A stretch of 32,000 nt of DNA from an archaeon. Lineage in GTDB: Archaea; Iainarchaeota; Iainarchaeia; Iainarchaeales; 1-14-0-10-31-34. The stretch's first letter is position 1; each line of letters begins with the position of its first letter. Positions 21,867 through 28,793 of this stretch are shown in pieces. Made by a program: the position numbers and the translations under genes. Under the pieces are notes generated by a model. That model was not told where the DNA came from. It made no database searches and was given only the letters and a program-made list of their open reading frames with translations. Where the stretch lies: positions 90,001 through 122,000 of the forward strand of contig JAJRVL010000004.1 of NCBI GenBank assembly GCA_024277355.1, read 5' to 3'.

Positions 21867-23635
21867 AAAAATTAATGTTGTTTTTGATTTTGATTGCATT
21901 GCTTTCAAATGTTAATGCTTTAATTGAACCTGAAAAAAATATTGTTTCAGTGGCTTATGATGAAAGTTTTTCTGTTGCAGTTAAAGTGAAAAATGATTCA
22001 AATGAAAAAGCATTAATTCATTTAAGTTCTTTTAGTTCAATTAAAACAGATTTTTCGGTTAATGATTTTTATTTAAATGCAGGAGAAGAAACAGTTATTG
22101 CATTGAATATTCTTTCATATTATTATAACAGCAATACTAATATTGAATTAAGAGCAGAATACAATGGAATTACTGAATATGCTGATTTAACTGTTATTAC
22201 AGGAAACAGTTCAGGAAAAGTCAACTTAAAATATTACAAGCAGAATATATGCAGGAATGGATTAGATAAATTAAGTTTATGGATTAAAAATGATTCTTTA
22301 ATTACCCAAAAAATTAAGTTAAGTGCTGACTCAGAAGTTTTTTTGCCTTCAATTTACCCTGAATTAATTGAATTAAATGCAGGACAAGAAAGATTTGTTG
22401 AATTAGAATTATATTCAAATAATTCTTTTCCATTAAAAGATTATTCAGTTAATGTTGTACTTGAATCAGAAAATGAAATTACTTCAAGAGAAATATTTTT
22501 TGAGTTAACTGAATGCATTGAAATAGAAAAAGGATTTAGATTAATTATTCCTGATTCTTTTTTGAGTATTGAAAAAGGAGAAACCAAAAAAATTTATTTT
22601 AGTGCAAGAAATTTAAGTGATAAAGATAATGAAATTTCTTTTGCAGTTAAATCAGATTTAATTACTGAATTACAGCAGACTAAAACTGTGTTGGCTGAAG
22701 GAGAAACAAGAAGATACTGGATTGAAGTAAAAGCATTAAAAACTGATGAAGCAGGAAAACATAAACTTGAATTATATGCATTTAATCCTTTTATTGAAAT
22801 AAAAAAAATAATTAATGTTAATGTAAAAAAAATGCATGAAGTTAATGCAGAATTATTAACTGATAACCTTGAAATTGAAAGAGGCCATTCAGGTGTTTTT
22901 TCTTTGTTAATTGAAAACAAAGGCGATTATAAAGAAAAAATTGAAATAAATTATTTTTCTGAAGAAGAAATTAATGTTTTGTTTTCAGAAAACGATTTTT
23001 ATTTAAATGAAAAAACTGATAAAAAAATTTATTTTTCTATTAACCCTTTAGTTAATGCAGAATTAGGAGAAAAAGAAATTGAAGTTAAAGTTAATGAAAA
23101 AACAATTTTAGTTAATTTTAGTGTAATAGAAGAAGAAAAACCATTAATTACTTCAGGAGTAATTGAATTGCTTTCAGTTCCTGAAAAAATCACTTTAACT
23201 GAAGAAACAGAAATAAAGGTTCTAATTAAAAACATTTCAGGAGAAAAAATTGAAAATACATTCTTTTGGATTGAAGGCCTTCCTAAAGGAACTGCCTTTG
23301 AATCAGTTTCAATTAAAGAAATAAACAACGAAAAAACAAAAGAGTTTACTGGAAAAATTCTTTTAGATGAAAAAGCAGTAAAAGGAAGTTATAGTATTAC
23401 ATTAGTTTTTGAAAACAGTAAATTCAGACAAAAAAAAGAAATACAATTAATTATTCTGGAACAAGAAAAACAAGAAGAAAAAGAAATACATGAAAATGAT
23501 TTTCTTGCAGGCTTGATTTCTTTTGGTTCAATGGAAGGAATTGGATTAATTGTAATTGCATTAATTATTTTAATTTTGTTATTAAATCCAGGAAAACAAA
23601 AAGAAAAATGGAATATAAGGGGGAATAAAAAGTGA
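21863..23635 (+). CDS. Type I surface protein: signal peptide, ~5 NEW3/CARDB-like modules, C-terminal TM anchor
   Basis: Signal MKKLMLFLILIALLSNVNA. AAGGAGG SD upstream. Repeated h.h.h.N.(S/G)....h.h...........(F/L).L..GE...h.h.h pattern (for example VKVKNDSNE...LNAGEETVIALNI; WIKNDSLIT...LNAGQERFVELELYS; LLIENKGDY...). TM helix GIGLIVIALIILILLL. GTGA overlap with the next gene. Confidence 0.75.
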   Translation: MKKLMLFLILIALLSNVNALIEPEKNIVSVAYDESFSVAVKVKNDSNEKALIHLSSFSSIKTDFSVNDFYLNAGEETVIALNILSYYYNSNTNIELRAEYNGITEYADLTVITGNSSGKVNLKYYKQNICRNGLDKLSLWIKNDSLITQKIKLSADSEVFLPSIYPELIELNAGQERFVELELYSNNSFPLKDYSVNVVLESENEITSREIFFELTECIEIEKGFRLIIPDSFLSIEKGETKKIYFSARNLSDKDNEISFAVKSDLITELQQTKTVLAEGETRRYWIEVKALKTDEAGKHKLELYAFNPFIEIKKIINVNVKKMHEVNAELLTDNLEIERGHSGVFSLLIENKGDYKEKIEINYFSEEEINVLFSENDFYLNEKTDKKIYFSINPLVNAELGEKEIEVKVNEKTILVNFSVIEEEKPLITSGVIELLSVPEKITLTEETEIKVLIKNISGEKIENTFFWIEGLPKGTAFESVSIKEINNEKTKEFTGKILLDEKAVKGSYSITLVFENSKFRQKKEIQLIILEQEKQEEKEIHENDFLAGLISFGSMEGIGLIVIALIILILLLNPGKQKEKWNIRGNKK

Positions 23636-26121
23636 ATAAAAAGAATTTTTTATGGATTGGAATAGGAGTAATATTAATTTTAATGAGTTTTATAGTTAAT
23701 GCTCATACTTTAAACGGAGACTTCAGCGGAATAGCTTTTCAGGGAGAAACAATTGAAAGTGCTTTTGTTTTATGCAACACAAGTGATTCAAGTGAAAACT
23801 TCAGAATAAATTCAGATAATTCATGGATGACTTTAAGGCCTTTAAGTGTTTACTTAAATGCAAATTCATGCGGAGAATTTTTTGCTTTTACTACCCCGGA
23901 TCCATATGCCCAATCAGGAAATTATGAAATAACAATTACTGCTCAAGGAAACCAAAGTATTTCAGGAATATTTGATTTAACTGTAGCAGAAGGACACAAA
24001 ATAAACATTCAGTCAAATCAAAGTTTAATTAATTCAACTCAATGCAAAGAAGAATTATTTAAATTTGAATTAACTAACACAGGAATATTTGATGAAAAAA
24101 TACTTCTTTCAGTTGAAGGATTAAATCAAAACTGGATTGAATTAAGTTCAGAAGAAATTCTTTTACCAAAAAATTCAATGCAGGAACTTGAATTAAAAGT
24201 TTTAATTCCTTGTAATCAGGAAACAAAAAACTATGACTTAAAATTAAAAGCAGAACTAAAAAACACAGGAATAACTAAAACAAAAAATATTTCATTAAAC
24301 ATTGAAAACGCACAAGAAATTTTAATTCAGAATAAATCTTTCAGTTCATGCAATGACTTAAAAACAAAAGATTCAATTTCATTAACAAATACTGGTTTAT
24401 TAACTGATGAATTAACTTTAGAAATTCAGGGAAATAACTGGATTTCATTAAACCAGACAAAAATTTCATTAAATTCAAATGAAACAAAAGAAATTGAATT
24501 AAATTTTAATGGAATAGAAACTGAAGCAAAAAATTATTCTTTTACTTTAAAAGTTTACTCAGAAAAATTCAATCAATTATATGAAAAAGAATTTAATGTT
24601 TTAATTGAAGACTGCTTTGATTTAAGCATTGAATCCCAATCAAAAGAAACAGCTTGCATTGAATCAAATCCAGAAGCAGTTTATATTCTGAAAAACAATG
24701 GAACAAAAAAAATGGTTTTTCAGTTAAACCTTGAAGGCATTAAAGCAGAATTAGAAAAAAATTCTGTTTCATTAAATTCAAATGAAAGCATTGAAGTAAA
24801 AGCAAAACTTGATTTCAGTGAAAGCAAAACAGGAGAAACAAACTTTGTTTTTATTGCTGACTCAGAAAACTATTCAAAAAGCATTGAAAACACAATATTA
24901 ATACAGGACTGTTATAATACTGAAACAATTGTTCCTGAATTAAATTTATGCAAAGAAATTCCATCAACAAACAATATTACAATAAAAAATACCGGAACAG
25001 AAAAACAAGTTTTTTCAGTTTCCTCAACAGTTGAATGGATTAACTTAAAAGAAACAGACTTTGAATTAAATTCAAATGAAGAAAGAATAATTGAATTAAA
25101 TGCTTTACCAAAAAAAGATTCAACTGAAAACAGGTATTCAATTAAAACAAAAACAGAAAACAACCAGTTTATAATGAACGGAAAAATCAATTATTTAAAT
25201 GAAACTGAATGTTTTGGAATAGAAATGACTAACTTAAAAAATACCATTGATGTTAATGCAGGAGAAGGTGCAGTAACAACCATTAAAGTTTCAAACAAAG
25301 GAAAAACCATTCAGACAGTAAGTTTTGATTTAAAAGAATTATGGGTTTATTTTAATCCAAAAGAATTTTCTTTAAATAAAGGAGAAACAAAAGAAATTTA
25401 CGTTTATTTTAATCCTCCTTTTGACTTTAAAGAAGAACAAGCAGTAGTAATAGTTAAAGCAAAAACAAACTTTGGTTTTGAAACACAAAAACAAGTTGAA
25501 GTAAATGTTTTTGGAGGAAGTATTGTATTAACTATTAATCCTGAAGACATTAAAGTTAATTCAAAAGAAGTGGAATTAAAAGATACAAACGAAAATACAA
25601 TTGAAATTAAAATTGAAATAGAAAACAATACAGAAACAAGCATGAAAATACTTGACGTAAAAACAAATTTTGATTCAAGTTATTTTATTGAAGAACCAGT
25701 AATAAAAAAAGATTCAACAAGAGAAATATTACTGAAATTTACTGCAAGTGAAGAACTTGAATTAAATGGATTAGAGATTCCGGTTGAAATAATTTCAGAT
25801 AAAGGAACTTATTATAAAATTGTAAAACTTCCTGAAAAAGAAACAAAAGAAGACCAAGAAAAAACAGGAGAAACAGGGTTTGTTTTATTCGGAGAAAATG
25901 ATTATGTTTTAGTTATTCTTGTTGTAATTGTAGTTATTTTAATTATTATGGCTGCATTAAGAACAGATGAAAAATCAAACAAAGAAGAAAAAGGCACAGT
26001 AGTTGATTATTCTCCTGAACAGGACTTCCAGAAAGAACTCAAAGAAATAATTACAAAAAAACCTCAGACAAGGAAAAAAACAAGCAGTAAAACAAAGAAA
26101 AAACCAACAAGAAAAAGATAA
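23632..26121 (+). CDS. Type I surface protein: signal peptide, ~8 NEW3/CARDB-like (COG1470-style) modules, TM anchor, basic cytoplasmic tail
   Basis: GTG start with an AGGGGG SD. Signal FLWIGIGVILILMSFIVNA. Modules such as FKFELTNTGIFDEKILLSVEGLNQNWIELSSEEILLPKNSMQELELKVLIP fit the NEW3 pattern (v.N.G....v.l....p.gW.v......l.pg.s..v...v). TM helix YVLVILVVIVVILIIMAAL. Tail KKPQTRKKTSSKTKKKPTRKR. Confidence 0.8.
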   Translation: MNKKNFLWIGIGVILILMSFIVNAHTLNGDFSGIAFQGETIESAFVLCNTSDSSENFRINSDNSWMTLRPLSVYLNANSCGEFFAFTTPDPYAQSGNYEITITAQGNQSISGIFDLTVAEGHKINIQSNQSLINSTQCKEELFKFELTNTGIFDEKILLSVEGLNQNWIELSSEEILLPKNSMQELELKVLIPCNQETKNYDLKLKAELKNTGITKTKNISLNIENAQEILIQNKSFSSCNDLKTKDSISLTNTGLLTDELTLEIQGNNWISLNQTKISLNSNETKEIELNFNGIETEAKNYSFTLKVYSEKFNQLYEKEFNVLIEDCFDLSIESQSKETACIESNPEAVYILKNNGTKKMVFQLNLEGIKAELEKNSVSLNSNESIEVKAKLDFSESKTGETNFVFIADSENYSKSIENTILIQDCYNTETIVPELNLCKEIPSTNNITIKNTGTEKQVFSVSSTVEWINLKETDFELNSNEERIIELNALPKKDSTENRYSIKTKTENNQFIMNGKINYLNETECFGIEMTNLKNTIDVNAGEGAVTTIKVSNKGKTIQTVSFDLKELWVYFNPKEFSLNKGETKEIYVYFNPPFDFKEEQAVVIVKAKTNFGFETQKQVEVNVFGGSIVLTINPEDIKVNSKEVELKDTNENTIEIKIEIENNTETSMKILDVKTNFDSSYFIEEPVIKKDSTREILLKFTASEELELNGLEIPVEIISDKGTYYKIVKLPEKETKEDQEKTGETGFVLFGENDYVLVILVVIVVILIIMAALRTDEKSNKEEKGTVVDYSPEQDFQKELKEIITKKPQTRKKTSSKTKKKPTRKR

Positions 26122-26147
26122 TTAAATATAAAAAAACAAAAAAAAAC

Positions 26148-26191
26148 TAAACAAAATAAACATAAAAAAATAAAGAATAAACAAAATAAAC
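26148..26191 (+). repeat. Two perfect 14-nt direct repeats TAAACAAAATAAAC spaced 30 nt apart
   Basis: Copies at 26148-26161 and 26178-26191, upstream of the nucleotidyltransferase gene. An 11-nt partial copy (TAAACAAAATA) lies at 27131-27141, downstream of the two-gene cassette. The low-complexity A-rich context makes chance matches plausible. Confidence 0.5.
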
Positions 26192-26199
26192 CAGAAACA

Positions 26200-26232
26200 G
26201 CAATTACAGTTATTTTAAATAGTTTTAATTGC
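26200..26232. promoter_or_regulatory. 7-bp inverted repeat bracketing a TATA-like box upstream of the nucleotidyltransferase gene
   Basis: GCAATTA (26200-26206) and TAATTGC (26226-26232) flank CAGTTATTTTAAATAGTTT. The repeat ends 12 nt before the ATG at 26245. Confidence 0.3.
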
Positions 26233-26244
26233 ATTTAATTATTT

Positions 26245-26814
26245 ATGAATCGTTTTGTAAGCGACAAAAACATATTAAATGAATTCATAAAAGATTTTGT
26301 TAAAGTTATTGAAAAAAATAAAATAAATTACATTATTGTTTCAGGTTTTGTTGCAATTTCTCATGGAAGAAGCAGAGGAACAGAAGATATTGACTTAATA
26401 ATTGAAAGAATTTCCTTTGAACAATTCAATAAATTCCATAAAAACATAACTAAAACTGATTTTGAATGCCTTCAGGGAAAAAACCCTGACAGGTTATTTA
26501 CTGATTATTTAAAAGAAAATCTTAGTTTACGTTATGTAAGAAAAAATAGTTTTATTCCTGAAATGGAAATGAAAATGTCAAAAGATGCTTTAGATGAAAA
26601 ACAGTTAAATGAAAAAACAAAACTTAAATTAACTGGACTTCCATTTTATTTTTCTACTATTGAAACAAATATTGCATTTAAAGAAGAATTATTTAAATCC
26701 CCAAAAGACATTGAAGATTCAAGACATTTACGCATAATTTATGCTGAAGAATTAAATGAAAGCAAAATAAATGAAATAAAAAGATTAATAAGAAAATACA
26801 GGCTAAAAGATTAA
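26245..26814 (+). CDS. Minimal nucleotidyltransferase-fold protein (pol-beta superfamily, DUF-type)
   Basis: IIVSGFVAISHGRSRGTEDIDLIIE matches the vGG.A...hG..R.T.DiDl.v NTase pattern. The C-terminal TNIAFKEELFKSPKDIEDSRHL matches the li..K...gR.KD..D...L helix seen in such proteins. The subfamily was not verified. Confidence 0.65.
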   Translation: MNRFVSDKNILNEFIKDFVKVIEKNKINYIIVSGFVAISHGRSRGTEDIDLIIERISFEQFNKFHKNITKTDFECLQGKNPDRLFTDYLKENLSLRYVRKNSFIPEMEMKMSKDALDEKQLNEKTKLKLTGLPFYFSTIETNIAFKEELFKSPKDIEDSRHLRIIYAEELNESKINEIKRLIRKYRLKD

Positions 26815-26815
26815 T

Positions 26816-27004
26816 ATGAAAAATGAAAGATTAGAACATGTTGAAAAATGGGCTTTTCACTGTAAAAACAACATAAAGGAATGCCAAAAAGAATTAACTC
26901 CTTTTATTAATGCTCAAATAGAAAACGCAAACAAATTCTATAAAAAACTTGCTAAAACAAAAAACGGCAAAGAAAAAATAAAGAAAATAAAAAGAATTAA
27001 ATAA
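26816..27004 (+). CDS. Small (62 aa) helical, basic hypothetical protein, adjacent to the nucleotidyltransferase gene
   Basis: The ATG lies 1 nt after the upstream stop. Contains WAFHCKNNIKECQKEL and a lysine-rich end. No recognisable family. Coding status rests on position and frame only. Confidence 0.4.
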   Translation: MKNERLEHVEKWAFHCKNNIKECQKELTPFINAQIENANKFYKKLAKTKNGKEKIKKIKRIK

Positions 27005-27158
27005 ACATTAAAAAAAGAAAACAAACAAATTAAATAAAATTAAATAAAAAAAATTAATAAAAAGTAAGTATAAAAAAACGAAAAAATTACTGAAAAAATC
27101 AAAGAAAATAAAAAAAATAATAAAATTAAATAAACAAAATAGTATGCAAAAAAATTAA

Positions 27159-27878
27159 TTAAAGTCTGCTTAAATATTTTGCAATAAAAGGGCTTTCAAT
27201 CAATAAAGCCTTTTCATCTTCTTCTTTTTTTTCATTAAAAAACAACAAAACTTTTTTGTTGTCAAACAACATAAACCTTGAATTATTTTTTGACTGAATT
27301 ACATTAAAATCCTTGAATTCCCTGCCTATTCTGCTTCCATTAACTGAATTCAACACAAATTTCAAACCAATACCTTTATCTTTTAAACTCTTGAATTTTG
27401 TGTTAAAGGACTGTATTTTCTTTAAAGCATTAGCTTCAGATGTAGAAATAACCACGCTTTCCTGTGCATTTTTTAATGATTCAGCTATAATATGGTTTAT
27501 TTGGTTGCCTGAAACACTCCATGCCTGAGAAAAGCTTTCTTTTTGAGGAACTTTATCAAACTTCTTTTTTAATAATCCTTTTAATGAATTCATTTCATTT
27601 AACTGGCTTTCAAAAGCCTTTCTTTTTTGTTTTTCAAAATTAACTAAAGCTTTTTCTGGTTCAACTGCCTTAAATGAAACAGGTCTTCCAATTGAAATCA
27701 TTACAAAACCTTTTTTTTCTAATACTAATAAAACATCATAAACTCTTGCTCGAGGAATTCCTGCTTTTTTGCTTATCTCAGAAGCAGTTAAAAGGTTCCC
27801 TGAACTTAAAGAAGAATAAACTTTTGATTCATATTCATTTAAACCAATTCTTTTCAGCAAAGCAGTTAATTCATTCAT
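27159..27878 (-). CDS. TrmB-family transcriptional regulator
   Basis: The N-terminus LKRIGLNEYESKVYSSLSSGNLLTASEISKKAGIPRARVYDVLLVLEKKGFV is the canonical TrmB winged-helix signature (lGLs.yEakvY..Ll..g..ta.ei....g.Pr.kvY.vL..Le.kGfv). AGGGGT SD upstream. Confidence 0.85.
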   Translation of the reverse strand: MNELTALLKRIGLNEYESKVYSSLSSGNLLTASEISKKAGIPRARVYDVLLVLEKKGFVMISIGRPVSFKAVEPEKALVNFEKQKRKAFESQLNEMNSLKGLLKKKFDKVPQKESFSQAWSVSGNQINHIIAESLKNAQESVVISTSEANALKKIQSFNTKFKSLKDKGIGLKFVLNSVNGSRIGREFKDFNVIQSKNNSRFMLFDNKKVLLFFNEKKEEDEKALLIESPFIAKYLSRL

Positions 27879-27919
27879 CTAATAACCCCTAAAATAGCGG
27901 ACAGATAAATAATGCTGTT

Positions 27920-28747
27920 TTATTTTAAATTCTTTTCGTTTTGCTTTTTCCACAAAACAACAACAATAACTAAATAAACAAGATAAGATAACACTTCAAT
28001 TAATGATGGATTTCCATTATATCCAAATAATCCTTTTGCAATACTTCCAATTAATCCTTTTTCATGAAGCAAAGGAAAACTTCCATCAGCATTTAATGCA
28101 GGATTAATATTCCAGACTTCATTAATTATTACCGGAACAACTCCTGCTTCCTGTAATTCATGTATTCCATGAGAAGTTAAACCTGCAGCAAACAAAATTA
28201 ATAAAATACCTGTAATTCCAAAAAACTTTTTTATATTAATTTTTTTTGAACTGACAAACAATAAATAACCTAAAAATACTGCCCCAATAATTCCTGCAAA
28301 AGCACCAATTAAATTTGATGAACCTGAAGCAAAAAAAGATGCATTTAAGAAAATAACTGTTTCAATTCCTTCTCTTAAAACCAAAACAAAAACTAAAAAG
28401 AATAAACCAAATTTTTTTGCTTCACTTATTTCAACTGAAACTTTTTCTTTTATTTCGCCTGCAATATTTTTTTGTTTTATCATCCATAAAATCATTGAAG
28501 TTAATAAAACAGAACCAATTAACATTGTTATTCCTTCAAATAAAGCTTCATTTTCAGCAAAGCCTCCTGCAATAAAACTAAACAGCACTGCTCCAATTAA
28601 ACTGAAAATTATTCCTGCAGCTAAACCAACAAAAACTATATTATTGTATTTTTCTTGTTTTGTTTTAGTTAAATAACCTAAAATTATTCCAATAATTAAA
28701 GCTAATTCTAATGCTTCCCGAAAAGTAATAATAAAATCAGCTATCAT
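27920..28747 (-). CDS. FTR1/EfeU-family high-affinity iron permease
   Basis: Two REXXE motifs in TM helices (TFREALELALIIG and VLREGIETVIFL). About 7 hydrophobic helices. Length 275 aa. Confidence 0.85.
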   Translation of the reverse strand: MIADFIITFREALELALIIGIILGYLTKTKQEKYNNIVFVGLAAGIIFSLIGAVLFSFIAGGFAENEALFEGITMLIGSVLLTSMILWMIKQKNIAGEIKEKVSVEISEAKKFGLFFLVFVLVLREGIETVIFLNASFFASGSSNLIGAFAGIIGAVFLGYLLFVSSKKINIKKFFGITGILLILFAAGLTSHGIHELQEAGVVPVIINEVWNINPALNADGSFPLLHEKGLIGSIAKGLFGYNGNPSLIEVLSYLVYLVIVVVLWKKQNEKNLK

Positions 28748-28793
28748 CTAAAACAAAGAAATAAAAGAAAAGAATAAAAAGGTTAGGCAACCC

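Noticed and set aside
27005-27158. 154-nt spacer that is almost pure A/T (ATTAAATAAA recurring three times), considered as a replication origin / DNA-unwinding element
   Set aside because: It has no origin-recognition-box-like inverted repeats and no adjacent cdc6/orc1 or dnaA gene. It lies between two convergent gene ends, so an oligo-A/T termination zone is the simpler explanation.
28748-28793. Terminator hairpin after the giant SLT gene (GGTT-gcct-AACC followed by a T-rich run on the minus strand)
   Set aside because: The stem is only 4 bp, too weak to call. The T-rich run may still contribute to archaeal oligo-T termination, but I do not list it as a feature.
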